64,000 nucleotides of DNA from an uncultured Candidatus Saccharibacteria bacterium. GTDB taxonomy: Bacteria > Patescibacteriota > Dojkabacteria > SC72. Position numbers and translations under genes: made by a program. Where the stretch lies: positions 90,534-154,533 of the forward strand of contig CAZZPP010000001.1 in assembly GCA_964655705.1 (NCBI GenBank), read 5' to 3'. The notes beneath the pieces are model-generated. The model worked only from the letters and a program-made list of their open reading frames with translations. It had not been told where the DNA came from and ran no database searches. Shown piece by piece: positions 8,336 to 17,941 of the stretch. Numbering within the stretch: the stretch's first letter is position 1; each line of letters begins with the position of its first letter.

Positions 8336-9610
8336 ATGATAGATATAAAAAGGATAGTAGAAGAGAGGGATATAGTAGAAAGAGCCTTAGCTAAAAGAAT
8401 GGGAGTTGAAGATATGCACTTAGATGAGATAGTAGAGATATTTAACAAGAGGAAAGAGGTATTAAAGGAGTATGAGTTAAAAAGAGCAGAGCAGAATAGT
8501 TTCAATGAAAGAATGGCAAAAACAGAAAAAGGCTCTGAAGAGTTTAATCAGTTAATCTCAGATTTGAAAACACTCTCTATTAATGTTAAAGAATTAGAAT
8601 CAGAGGTAAACTCTCTAGAGAGTAAATTAATATCTCTAGTAGAGGTTTTACCAAACATTCCTGATGAAGATTTAGCTGCTGGTGAGAAAGAAGCAAACGA
8701 GGTTTTAAAGGAGGTCGGGGAGAAACCTGTATTTCCATATACAATTAAAGACCATGTTCAACTAGGTACTGATTTGGGGCTTTTCGATTTTGAGAGAGCT
8801 ACTAAACTCTCAGGAAACAATTTCTCAATGTATACAGGTATGGGTGCTAGATTAGAGTGGGCATTAATTTCCTACTTTGTTGATGAACATATTAAAGATT
8901 GCTATGAAATGATTCTACCTCCACATATTGTAGGACAGGAATCTGGATATACTGCAGGTCAACTTCCAAAGTTTCAAGAGGATGTGTATTGGTTAAAGGA
9001 GGGGAATCAATTTCTAATACCTACTGCAGAAACAGCATTAGACAATCTTTTTAGAAATGAGATATTAGAAGAGAGAGATCTTCCAAAGAAATACTTCTCA
9101 TTTACTCCCTGCTATCGGAAAGAGGCAGGTAGTTACAGAGCAAATGAGAGGGGTTTGATTAGAGTACATCAATTTAACAAGGTAGAGATGTATCAATATA
9201 CAAGTAAGGAGAGTTCAGACTTGGCATTTGAAGAGTTAGTTAGAAAAGCAGAAAAGCTTGTTGAGGGTCTAGGTTTACATTACAGAACAAGTAAATTAGC
9301 TGCAGGAGACTGTTCTGCTCCAGCAGCAAGAACATATGATGTGGAGGTATGGCTCCCAGCAGTTGGTCAGTACTACGAAGTAAGTTCCATATCCAATGTC
9401 CGGGAGTATCAATCTAGAAGGGGGAATATGAGGTACAGAAGTAGTAACGGAGGGAAGATTGAGTACATGCATACCCTAAATGCTTCTGGTCTAGCAACAA
9501 GCAGATTAATGGTTGCCTTAGTAGAGACATTCCAACAGGAGGATGGGAGTATATTAGTTCCAGAGGTTTTAAGAAAGTATATTGGGGTAGATAAGATAGA
9601 AAAGAAGTAG
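8336..9610 (+). CDS. serS: seryl-tRNA synthetase
   Basis: N-terminal coiled-coil arm; class II motifs FTPCYRKEAGSYRANERGLIRVHQFNKVEMY and TLNASGLATSR. Confidence 0.92.
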   Translation: MIDIKRIVEERDIVERALAKRMGVEDMHLDEIVEIFNKRKEVLKEYELKRAEQNSFNERMAKTEKGSEEFNQLISDLKTLSINVKELESEVNSLESKLISLVEVLPNIPDEDLAAGEKEANEVLKEVGEKPVFPYTIKDHVQLGTDLGLFDFERATKLSGNNFSMYTGMGARLEWALISYFVDEHIKDCYEMILPPHIVGQESGYTAGQLPKFQEDVYWLKEGNQFLIPTAETALDNLFRNEILEERDLPKKYFSFTPCYRKEAGSYRANERGLIRVHQFNKVEMYQYTSKESSDLAFEELVRKAEKLVEGLGLHYRTSKLAAGDCSAPAARTYDVEVWLPAVGQYYEVSSISNVREYQSRRGNMRYRSSNGGKIEYMHTLNASGLATSRLMVALVETFQQEDGSILVPEVLRKYIGVDKIEKK

Positions 9611-9611
9611 T

Positions 9612-10175
9612 ATGAGTTATTTTTTAGGATTCCTTCCAGACAAAGAGTCTAATTACAAGATTAGAAAGACCCTTGGGGAGGTTAGTATAATATTTGATGG
9701 TTTTGAGATTCCTGTTAGATGGGTAAAACCTCATACATACCATATTACTCTCTACTACCTTGGAGAAAGATATCCTTTTTACAAGCAATATCTTCTAAAA
9801 AAGAAATTAACTAAAATCCACTTCGAAAGTATTAATATATCCCTAAATAGCGTAAAGGTAGGTATATCAAGAAACTACAAAGAATTAATATATATTGATT
9901 TAAAAGATGGTGGGGAACAACTAAGGGAGTTACTCTTAGAGGTGAGAAAAGCAATAGGGGGAAAAGACAGTTCTATGTTCGTACCTCATTTAACGATAGG
10001 AAGAATTAGTAAAGATCTCTCTAAGGAGGAATACAGAAATATATCTTTAGATGTACTAAGATTATCTAAAGAGCTTAAATTAGAAGATATCCACTTTACA
10101 GTTAATTGTATGTACCTCATAGAGAGTAAGAATGGTGTCTATTCTTTTAAGACGAAGTTTGATGCCTCCTTGTAA
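9612..10175 (+). CDS. 2H phosphoesterase (RNA 2',3'-cyclic phosphodiesterase ThpR/LigT-like)
   Basis: Two H-x-T-x motifs (YHITLYYLG and VPHLTIGRI) at the spacing typical of 2H-family enzymes. Confidence 0.7.
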   Translation: MSYFLGFLPDKESNYKIRKTLGEVSIIFDGFEIPVRWVKPHTYHITLYYLGERYPFYKQYLLKKKLTKIHFESINISLNSVKVGISRNYKELIYIDLKDGGEQLRELLLEVRKAIGGKDSSMFVPHLTIGRISKDLSKEEYRNISLDVLRLSKELKLEDIHFTVNCMYLIESKNGVYSFKTKFDASL

Positions 10176-11023
10176 ATCGTTTCTAGATTATTAGTCCATA
10201 TACAATCTTTGTTTCTCCTAAACCATGTTCTTTGTCTTTTGATATATGACATTGTATTTTTAAAAATACTCTCCTTCACGTCTTCAATAGTAATACCATT
10301 CTCGAAATAGTCCCTAAATTCAATATATCCAATACTATTCATCCCTCTGTCTTCATAGGTATAGCCTTTCTTTAAAAGGGCTTTATTCTCTTCAAGCAAT
10401 CCCTCCTCAAACATTCCCTCTATTCTCTCTCTTACTCTTTTTCTTAGAATCTCCCCATCAATATCAATAACAAAATATCTGTTATTTAATTCTTTACCCC
10501 TTTTCCTGTTTACCCCACCCCTTTGAATAGTCCTAATCAATCTATGTCTGTTATTCCTGTCACTCTCATTCATATTTAAGAGATAGTCTTTAGCAATATG
10601 TTGCAACTCTTTAATATTCTTTTCTTTTAAATCAGGTGTATATATATCATTCTTACTAAGATTGTAATTGAATATGACACTATCAATATACAGACCTGTA
10701 CCTCCTACTAAGATTGGGACTTTCTTTTCTTTAAGTAATATCTCCTTAACCATTTGTTGATAGTTAAACAGAGTAAAACTATCCTTTGGATTTACAAAAT
10801 CAAAGAGATAGTGTTTAACACCATTAAAAATATGTATTCCCTCTGAAATCTTTTTTTCAAATTTTGGTTTTGCAGTCCCAATATTTAACTCTCTGTATAC
10901 CTGTCTTGAATCAGCATTGATAATGTACCCATTAATAACCTTTGCTAGATTAATAGCTATATTGGATTTGCCTGATGCAGTAGGACCAGCTAAGACTAGA
11001 ATCTTACCTTCAAAATCTATCAT
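10139..11023 (-). CDS. miaA: tRNA dimethylallyltransferase MiaA
   Basis: P-loop LAGPTASGKS plus NADSRQVYRELNIGTAKP. Overlaps the convergent 2H phosphoesterase gene by 37 nt. Confidence 0.9.
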   Translation of the reverse strand: MIDFEGKILVLAGPTASGKSNIAINLAKVINGYIINADSRQVYRELNIGTAKPKFEKKISEGIHIFNGVKHYLFDFVNPKDSFTLFNYQQMVKEILLKEKKVPILVGGTGLYIDSVIFNYNLSKNDIYTPDLKEKNIKELQHIAKDYLLNMNESDRNNRHRLIRTIQRGGVNRKRGKELNNRYFVIDIDGEILRKRVRERIEGMFEEGLLEENKALLKKGYTYEDRGMNSIGYIEFRDYFENGITIEDVKESIFKNTMSYIKRQRTWFRRNKDCIWTNNLETIYKEASNFVLKE

Positions 11024-11532
11024 CTGAGGATATATCTAGATAGCCAATATGTAAACCATATGCAAAATACTGCTGAAAGAATTGAAATTGCAACTATGAC
11101 CTCTGTTTGAGGAGAAAGAAAAAGTAAGGTAGAGATTCCGAGTAATAGTAAAAAGACTGTTTGTTTAATTGAATCAGAAAGATACTCTTTTCTAATTGAG
11201 TATATCTTAAAACCCTTGGCATCTTTTTTAGAGGAGTAGAACCCAGTTAACAGACCAAGATTAGAGATTAAAAATATTAAGGATATTATTGGAATAATTC
11301 TAAATATTTCTGAAATGTGTACTTTAAAGATTAAATTGGAAAGGAATATCCCTATACCATTTGTAAGAAACAAAGAAGATAGTGAGAGTAGAGATAGAAG
11401 TAGAATTTTCCTATTTTTAGTTGAGAGATATATTGTAAATAGACAGACACACAGGATTGAAAGGAGTAGTAATATCTCAATACTAATTTCATATATACTC
11501 CAATTTTGTAATATGTTTTGTATTAAGTTCAT
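11020..11532 (-). CDS. hypothetical polytopic membrane protein
   Basis: 170 aa, about 5 TM helices. Its start overlaps the stop of the upstream gene; it lies in the same minus-strand operon as miaA. Confidence 0.4.
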   Translation of the reverse strand: MNLIQNILQNWSIYEISIEILLLLSILCVCLFTIYLSTKNRKILLLSLLSLSSLFLTNGIGIFLSNLIFKVHISEIFRIIPIISLIFLISNLGLLTGFYSSKKDAKGFKIYSIRKEYLSDSIKQTVFLLLLGISTLLFLSPQTEVIVAISILSAVFCIWFTYWLSRYILR

Positions 11533-12794
11533 ATCTTTAATGATTTTCTTACATTAGATATATAGTAGGAAGAAATTGATAGGGCTAAGTTACTTACAAT
11601 CATAAGTATTAAGAGATCGTTTGCATACATTTTTACATATCCACTACCGAGTAAAATACTTAGGATACAGATGAAGGTAATTAATAGGGTAACATTAATT
11701 CTAGATTCAATGTTCTCAGCAATTATCCTTATTATCGCAATTATTGATATAACCTCTAAAGCTAGAAGGAATATGTCGACTGGAGTACTGGATATCTTTA
11801 AGTAGGTTATCCACCCAGCAACCGTTATTGTACTAGATATCCCAGAGAGAAGGAGAGTCCTCTTAGGAGTTTTTTCAACTAACATTAAATAGATGTAGAT
11901 AAATATTATGGCTACCAAAATACCCTCTGTTAATTTAATGTAATCAAATTCTGGAATATCTACTACAAGATCTTCTTCACTATTTGAAGAGTAAGAAAGT
12001 CCTACGCTACCAGAGTTAAATAGGATATCAACTACCTTAGCAGAGTCTTTGTCTTGTGCAGATACAGATGGAGCAAAGGTATTGTTTCCTTGAGCTATTT
12101 GAACCTGGGAAACAAACCCATCTATACTTACTCCAACAGTTTGTCCTGCGTACTGTTCCATGAAGTCTTCCCAATCTTTTTGCCAAGGCCATGTTTTAAA
12201 TATCCCGAAGTATGAGTATTCTCCTTCTGAGTTTTTAAGTTTAGCAATAAATACATTTCTAAAGTAATCTCTTGTATATGCTGTCTTAGTATAGTTCTCT
12301 TCTAGGTACGGGGTAAGAGGGTTTTCCTGATCTTCATAGTTGACATCATCCTTTCTGGTAACAACATTTATAATGAAGGGAGACTTTATTAAATTCTCTA
12401 CAGACTCCTTCTCTTTAGATGTTTGAATTTCTATCTTTAGATACTGTTTTTCTTCTTCCTCGTAAAAAGAAATTAATGATTGTTCAACCCCAAACTTCCT
12501 TAATCTTTTTTGTAATACAGACTTAGTATCTTGTAAGTCCTTTTTTAAATCAGTACTATCCTGTGTATCTAATTCAAAGATATACTCCTTAGACCAATAC
12601 ATACTCTCTTTATTTACTAAATCATAGGAAGAGGAAGATGTAATTCTTTCTGTTAGAGGTAGAGATATTAAAACTAAGGCTAGGATGAGAGAACTAATGA
12701 AGATGGAGATGATGTAAGTAAGAAATCCTTTGAGATTAAATTTCTTTAATTTAATTCTTTTAAATTTTAATTTCTTTCTCTTTAACTTCTTCAT
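11529..12794 (-). CDS. hypothetical membrane protein with large extracytoplasmic domain
   Basis: Lys-rich N-terminus, one TM helix, a ~250-aa soluble domain, then 3–4 C-terminal TM helices. Confidence 0.4.
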   Translation of the reverse strand: MKKLKRKKLKFKRIKLKKFNLKGFLTYIISIFISSLILALVLISLPLTERITSSSSYDLVNKESMYWSKEYIFELDTQDSTDLKKDLQDTKSVLQKRLRKFGVEQSLISFYEEEEKQYLKIEIQTSKEKESVENLIKSPFIINVVTRKDDVNYEDQENPLTPYLEENYTKTAYTRDYFRNVFIAKLKNSEGEYSYFGIFKTWPWQKDWEDFMEQYAGQTVGVSIDGFVSQVQIAQGNNTFAPSVSAQDKDSAKVVDILFNSGSVGLSYSSNSEEDLVVDIPEFDYIKLTEGILVAIIFIYIYLMLVEKTPKRTLLLSGISSTITVAGWITYLKISSTPVDIFLLALEVISIIAIIRIIAENIESRINVTLLITFICILSILLGSGYVKMYANDLLILMIVSNLALSISSYYISNVRKSLKI

Positions 12795-13366
12795 TACAGT
12801 AAATCTGAGTCTTTACCTAGTAATATTACTTTGTCTTTCATTAACGCATTTATTAATATGGGATCCCTCTTCTTTTTTCCAAATTCGAAATCCTCAATTT
12901 TCATAGCTACATACCTAATTGATCTACTTAACTCTTTTTCTAAACTACTAACTGCTACAGACAGTTCTCTAATTTTCATATCTCCAATAAAGAGGATATC
13001 AATATCAGATTTCTCAATATATTTGTTTTTTAGAAAAGCCTCTGTCAATATTACTACCTTAATGCCCTCAATAGGGAGGAATTTTTCATAAAGTAATTTT
13101 CCTGTATCTGACTCTTTAAAAAATATCGCCCTTAATTCCCATACAATTGGACACTCCTTGTCAATTGTATACATAATTTTGTTACCATCTTTTTTAGAAG
13201 TTAGTAACCCTGCTTTCTTAAGACTAAGTAATTCTCTTCTTACAGCATTAATCTCCTCTCCTAATTCTCTAACAAGCCCTCTAACATGATAGGGTTTATT
13301 AACGTCTTCCATATACTTGGAAAGTACTCTAATCCTAACTTTTGATATAAATAGACTTTTAAGCAT
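12794..13366 (-). CDS. putative winged-helix DNA-binding protein
   Basis: LVRELGEEINAVRRELLSLKKAGLL resembles an ArsR/MarR-type wHTH. The C-terminal half is unassigned. Confidence 0.35.
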   Translation of the reverse strand: MLKSLFISKVRIRVLSKYMEDVNKPYHVRGLVRELGEEINAVRRELLSLKKAGLLTSKKDGNKIMYTIDKECPIVWELRAIFFKESDTGKLLYEKFLPIEGIKVVILTEAFLKNKYIEKSDIDILFIGDMKIRELSVAVSSLEKELSRSIRYVAMKIEDFEFGKKKRDPILINALMKDKVILLGKDSDLL

Positions 13367-13429
13367 TTCCCCTTCCTTTTTAAAATATTAAGTAGGCCTT
13401 AAAGTACAACTCAAAGACCATGGGGCAAT

Positions 13430-14737
13430 TTATTGCTCAATTATATCAAATTTTCCGATAGAGCGAGGGATTATTGATATCCATACCCTCCCTCTATTAA
13501 ATTCTATCTCTTTACCATCACTATCATAGTATGTAGTCCTGTCTGTTCTAGAAGTTTTTTTCCATGTTCCTGTTGTAATTTTACCATCAATTAAATATGT
13601 AGTACTACCCGAAGCGATAGTTGTTAGAATGATTCTCCCCTTATTATCATATGAGGGAGTATATTCAATCTCTTGAAGAATTAAATTTTTGGCATAGATC
13701 TGAGCACCACTCTCTTGATCAATATGAATCTTCCCACCAGTTTCTTTGTAGTAGGAATTAGTCTTACTATCATAAGTCCATACACTATCATACAATCCAC
13801 TGTTATTTAATCTCTCATGGAAGGTAATATTTATTTTGCTCTTTAGACCCCTGTCTTGTGTAGAGGCATCTTTTTTGAATTTCCATGCCTCAATATCAGG
13901 CATACTATCCCAATTCTTTTCTTCGGCATACTCCCATGCAGTGAAAAGAGAGGAGTACTCATTATGTGGAGCATATCTTACCCCATCATTCCATCTCCAG
14001 GCTCCAATGGTAGCAATTTTTTTAATATTGTAAGCATATACATTCCCGCAAGCATCGGTTTTAGGATTGTCAGTATCTGCACATCCATCATAGATGTAAA
14101 GAGGATCGTAAGGACTTAGCCATTCTAGATAGTACTGTCTTGCACTTCGAATAGGGCCAACTTTTGCTGGTGCCTCACTCCAGAATATTGCTAAATATCT
14201 TGTTATTCCTCCCTCTGCCAGTGCTTCAAAAACAACATCGGCACTATTTAATCCAGATTGAGGTCTAGCATCTGAATGATTATTTATCATTACAGCAACA
14301 GGTCTTCTTTTTTCTAACTCCTTTAATTCTGTCTTAGTAAAAAGTAACCCATTAATTGGACTAACCTCAGTTTTAGGTTCTACAGGAGTAGGAATGGGAA
14401 TATCAAAAGGGACAGAGTCTATGTACTGGGAAAGGATATATCCATTTCCTAAATTAATTATTGTGGAAGGCTTAGCATATGGTTTAGATTTGTAAATACC
14501 AAAGTAGTAGAAGAGTCCTATTCCCATTAGGAGTAATACCCCAAGGGTTACTAGAATCAAAGTCAATTTCTTAGGTTTCTCTTTTTTAACCTTCTCTTTT
14601 GTTTGGGGTACCTCTTTCTCACTCTTAACTTCAGGAGTAGGTACTGGTTTTACAATATCGTTAACCTTTTCAGTTAGTAATTCTTTCTTTCCTTTTCCCT
14701 TTACTTTCTTCTCCGAAATATTTATCTGTTTAGACAT
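13430..14737 (-). CDS. DUF3048 (YerB-like) membrane-anchored protein
   Basis: RPVAVMINNHSDARPQSGLNSADVVFEALAEGGITRYLAIFWS matches the conserved N-terminal core of DUF3048 proteins. A Lys-rich cytoplasmic tail and one TM helix precede it. Confidence 0.55.
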   Translation of the reverse strand: MSKQINISEKKVKGKGKKELLTEKVNDIVKPVPTPEVKSEKEVPQTKEKVKKEKPKKLTLILVTLGVLLLMGIGLFYYFGIYKSKPYAKPSTIINLGNGYILSQYIDSVPFDIPIPTPVEPKTEVSPINGLLFTKTELKELEKRRPVAVMINNHSDARPQSGLNSADVVFEALAEGGITRYLAIFWSEAPAKVGPIRSARQYYLEWLSPYDPLYIYDGCADTDNPKTDACGNVYAYNIKKIATIGAWRWNDGVRYAPHNEYSSLFTAWEYAEEKNWDSMPDIEAWKFKKDASTQDRGLKSKINITFHERLNNSGLYDSVWTYDSKTNSYYKETGGKIHIDQESGAQIYAKNLILQEIEYTPSYDNKGRIILTTIASGSTTYLIDGKITTGTWKKTSRTDRTTYYDSDGKEIEFNRGRVWISIIPRSIGKFDIIEQ

Positions 14738-14832
14738 ATATATAATTTAGCATTAGAAAGGGAGAATGTTAATCCTTTATAGTGGATATTTAATGTGATA
14801 GTATTAAGTTGTATTAATTTAGCAATACTTTT

Positions 14833-15825
14833 ATGAAAAAATATTGGTATATATACCTTGTGGTTTTACTACTAAGTACTGTATTACTAACTGGGTGTAC
14901 TAGAAAGACAAATGATATTGTAGAACAAGACCAAGATGATACACAGGAGGTTGTAGAGGATTTACCGCAGGATGATACAGAGAGCTCCTCAAGTTTTGAT
15001 ACATCTGAATATACAAAAGAAGAGACAACTCTTGGACAAGCGAGTGAATATGAATACACTATTAGAGAGATACGCGCTGAAGAGAAAACAGGATATCATC
15101 AATTCGAGTTTACTCTTTCTTCAAGAGATGGTGATGCTCCTACACCACTTTTTACTGTTACACCAATACTTACAAAAGGAGTATTTAGGGTATCTTTAAC
15201 AAACATTATTGATGACAATACATCTGTAACACATAGTAGTGGAATATCTGTAAACAAGGAGGGTATAACTGGTCTTACAAGAATTGTTACAGACTCTAAT
15301 ACCACTCGTGCCTACGATATTGGGGTATTAGGTTTGAATATGTATATGGTGGAGGTAGAAAATGACGAGTTAGGAATATGGACCTTTGTAGTAAAGGTCT
15401 CATACGATACAAAATATACTCCTCCAAGTATTGATTTTGGGAGTACTGAATTCTCTTCTGAGAATCAAGAGATTGAGGGAGTAACAATTACTCAGGGAGC
15501 AAAGATTACAGACTACTCATACCTTTACTCATCAGGGATAGTGAAATTTACTTTAGAGGTATCTAGTGGAGCATCTAATCCAATTCCTAGTGTAAGTGCA
15601 GCATATGATGAAGAGGGTATATTAATACTTACTTTCCCATCATTAGAACAGGACAAGGTTTCTACATGGGGTAGTACAATTGACCTTCCTTCTGGACTTA
15701 CGGTATCCATATCTAGAGCTGGAGAGAAGTCAGTATATTCATTTAGTGGAATTAGTAACAAAAAACCATTTAGATTAAGTGCTTCTCAGAGTCCTAATGT
15801 AGTAATAGTTGAGATTGATGTTTAA
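14833..15825 (+). CDS. acidic lipoprotein, function unknown
   Basis: Signal peptide with lipobox LLTGC; acidic, Thr/Ser-rich mature part; no enzymatic motif. Confidence 0.5.
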   Translation: MKKYWYIYLVVLLLSTVLLTGCTRKTNDIVEQDQDDTQEVVEDLPQDDTESSSSFDTSEYTKEETTLGQASEYEYTIREIRAEEKTGYHQFEFTLSSRDGDAPTPLFTVTPILTKGVFRVSLTNIIDDNTSVTHSSGISVNKEGITGLTRIVTDSNTTRAYDIGVLGLNMYMVEVENDELGIWTFVVKVSYDTKYTPPSIDFGSTEFSSENQEIEGVTITQGAKITDYSYLYSSGIVKFTLEVSSGASNPIPSVSAAYDEEGILILTFPSLEQDKVSTWGSTIDLPSGLTVSISRAGEKSVYSFSGISNKKPFRLSASQSPNVVIVEIDV

Positions 15826-15827
15826 AT

Positions 15828-16409
15828 ATGTTAGGTAGAGATGAGTGTAAAACTCTTTTAGAAAAATACATCCATACTCCTTGGTTAAAACTTCATATGA
15901 GGGAGAGTGAAGTCATTATGATTTCTCTTGCAAAAAGGTTGGGAGAAGATGAACAGGAATGGGGATTAGCAGGGTTAATACATGACTTAGATTTTGATTA
16001 TGTAGAGAAAGATCCTAAAAGGCATGTCATTGAGTTTGATACCATTCTAAATATTGAGGGTATACAGATTGGTAAGGATATCCCTGAGAATGTTTACCAT
16101 GCAATTAAGGCCCATTATGAGGAGCATCCTTTAATTACTCAAAAGAGGGAATCTAAACTTGATTATGCATTAAGTGCTAGTGAAACTCTTAGTGGATTTC
16201 TAGTTGCATGTGCTTTAGTTCAACCGGACAAAAAAAACAGTAGTGTAGGTGTAGATAGTGTAATGAAGAAATTTAAAAAGAAAGACTTCGCTAAATCTAT
16301 TAACAGGGAGTTAATCTACGATATTGAGAAGATTGGAATATCCTTAGAAGAGTTCTTACAGATCTCGTTAAAAGCTCTTACTGATATTTCAGATGAGCTT
16401 GGGTTGTAG
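15828..16409 (+). CDS. HD-domain phosphohydrolase
   Basis: H...HD signature (LHMRESE...LAGLIHDLD) characteristic of the HD superfamily. Confidence 0.6.
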   Translation: MLGRDECKTLLEKYIHTPWLKLHMRESEVIMISLAKRLGEDEQEWGLAGLIHDLDFDYVEKDPKRHVIEFDTILNIEGIQIGKDIPENVYHAIKAHYEEHPLITQKRESKLDYALSASETLSGFLVACALVQPDKKNSSVGVDSVMKKFKKKDFAKSINRELIYDIEKIGISLEEFLQISLKALTDISDELGL

Positions 16410-16425
16410 TATCTTGTTGTGAAAA

Positions 16426-16722
16426 TTACTTCTTTTTATCAACAAACCTAATCTCCAAATCTTTTCCTAGTGCATTGGCTATTTTAATCAATTTCTCAAT
16501 CGAAACATTCCTCTTTCCAGTTTCTATTTTACTGATTGTACTACGAGGTATACCAGATTTAAGGGATAGTGAGTCTTGAGTAATATGATAACTCTCTCTA
16601 AATTCTTTTATCTGTCTGAGAGCAATTCTTTTTTGCGCCTTAGCATCTAACTCACGAAGTTCTTTTTGGGTAAACATCTCTTTCCTGGCTTCTTCCCAGG
16701 GTATTAATACTGATTTGTTCAT
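16426..16722 (-). CDS. HTH-XRE family transcriptional regulator / HigA-like antitoxin
   Basis: Cro/C1-type HTH (LKSGIPRSTISKIETGKRNVSIEKLIKIANALG), 98 aa, immediately downstream of a RelE/HigB-like gene with a 6-nt spacer. Confidence 0.7.
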   Translation of the reverse strand: MNKSVLIPWEEARKEMFTQKELRELDAKAQKRIALRQIKEFRESYHITQDSLSLKSGIPRSTISKIETGKRNVSIEKLIKIANALGKDLEIRFVDKKK

Positions 16723-16727
16723 TTTAT

Positions 16728-17060
16728 TTATACTAATTTTATTTTTCTTCTAACTGCCTTCTGTATCTCTCTTAGTGGTGTCTTTTGAGTTTTCTTTTTA
16801 AAAGCGCAGAGAATTACAATATCATCATTTTTGTAAACATAGATACATCTATACATTCCATTTTCTCTTACTCTCAATTCGTAAAGATCATATCCTGAAA
16901 GTTTTCTACTTTCTGGATATTTTAATGTTCCAAAATAACTTAGTTCCTTAATTAAAACGTCAAAAGCTTTTATTGTAGTGGATGGAAAGGTTAAAAGCTC
17001 CTCTTGTGCATTATATTCTATGTATACTTTCTTTCGGTTTGATTGTGCCATATATGCCAC
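16728..17060 (-). CDS. RelE/ParE-superfamily toxin, HigB/Gp49-like
   Basis: ~107–110 aa. C-terminal IVILCAFKKKTQKTPLREIQKAVRRK matches the conserved tail of Gp49/HigB-type toxins. Toxin-first gene order as in higBA. The annotated start is GTG; an ATG lies 3 codons downstream. Confidence 0.65.
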   Translation of the reverse strand: MAYMAQSNRKKVYIEYNAQEELLTFPSTTIKAFDVLIKELSYFGTLKYPESRKLSGYDLYELRVRENGMYRCIYVYKNDDIVILCAFKKKTQKTPLREIQKAVRRKIKLV

Positions 17061-17062
17061 AC

Positions 17063-17081
17063 GATGTCAAGTTATATGACA
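17063..17081. promoter_or_regulatory. inverted repeat ATGTCA-N7-TGACAT immediately upstream of the toxin gene (candidate TA operator)
   Basis: Perfect 6-bp arms read directly, positioned at the 5' end of the minus-strand toxin–antitoxin operon. Confidence 0.35.
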
Positions 17082-17122
17082 TATTGTATTTAAAAGGAAT
17101 TAAATATTTCTGAAAAGTTTAG

Positions 17123-17128
17123 TATAAT
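17123..17128 (+). promoter_or_regulatory. TATAAT -10 element 8 nt upstream of tRNA-Pro
   Basis: Exact TATAAT hexamer; the -35 is poor (TTAAAT). Confidence 0.3.
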
Positions 17129-17136
17129 GATTGTTA

Positions 17137-17210
17137 CGGGGTGTAGTTCAGATGGCTAGAACGCTTGCATGGGGTGCAAGAGGTCGCTCGTTCAAGTCGA
17201 GTCACCCCGA
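17137..17210 (+). tRNA. tRNA-Pro (anticodon GGG), CCA not encoded
   Basis: Manual cloverleaf: acceptor CGGGGTG/CACCCCG with the C1-G72 pair typical of bacterial tRNA-Pro and discriminator A; D-arm GTTC-AGATGGCTA-GAAC; anticodon stem CTTGC/GCAAG with loop ATGGGGT (G37); T-arm GCTCG-TTCAAGT-CGAGT. Confidence 0.85.
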
Positions 17211-17212
17211 TT

Positions 17213-17854
17213 TTAATCAGGTGCTGTTAATTCTCCAATAGATACATCGAAACCATATTTTAAAAGATTCATAACTGTATATCCCACACAGCCAGTAGGA
17301 ACATAATCCTTTTTTAACCATTCTCTAGCTATTGGATATCTATCAATATATACAGGTATATTTTGTACAAAGTCTAGTTGAATTTTTTCTTTGTCATACT
17401 TAATATCAAACTCCTTCAAAGCCTTTTTAATTGGCTCATATACAAGATAGAGACCAGATACTGTAACAATCTTGATATCACCTCTTAAGAGGAGATCTGC
17501 CAACATATCCCATTCCTTTCTTCCTCCCTTTGGAGTTTCTTCTCCATTTTTAGTTTTAACTGTATATATTGTGTAATCTCCCATTTGAGATATTTTTGAG
17601 AGGAGATCATTGTAGTCAGAAGTCTGTTGAAAAAATATTAAGGGGATATTACTGTCCAATACCTTCCTAATATATTCATCCCTTTTGTTTAGATACTCTT
17701 TAGTAACATACCTTTTGTTTAGAGTAGGGATTGTGTTCTCACTAAAGAAAGGATGTACAAGAATATTTAATCTTCCATTAGACAGTTTACAGATATTTAG
17801 GAAATATTCTAAACTCTTGCCCTTAGCCTTTGTTACTTCAATATCCTTTCTCAA
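17213..17854 (-). CDS. hypothetical protein (213 aa, soluble)
   Basis: Ends 3 nt after tRNA-Pro on the opposite strand. I recognise no motif. Confidence 0.4.
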   Translation of the reverse strand: MRKDIEVTKAKGKSLEYFLNICKLSNGRLNILVHPFFSENTIPTLNKRYVTKEYLNKRDEYIRKVLDSNIPLIFFQQTSDYNDLLSKISQMGDYTIYTVKTKNGEETPKGGRKEWDMLADLLLRGDIKIVTVSGLYLVYEPIKKALKEFDIKYDKEKIQLDFVQNIPVYIDRYPIAREWLKKDYVPTGCVGYTVMNLLKYGFDVSIGELTAPD

Positions 17855-17908
17855 TGCGCAATTCTAACATTAATATACATATGTAGGAAATAGTATATAT
17901 AATATTGG

Positions 17909-17934
17909 TGTAACAAAGTAAGTATTTTTACGTA
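17909..17934 (+). promoter_or_regulatory. ECF-type promoter TGTAAC-N16-CGTA upstream of the ECF sigma gene; -10 only ~7 nt from the ATG, so possibly leaderless
   Basis: Hexamers and spacing read from the sequence; they match the B. subtilis sigmaW/sigmaX-class consensus (TGAAAC/TGTAAC-N16/17-CGTA). Confidence 0.45.
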
Positions 17935-17941
17935 ATAGTAG

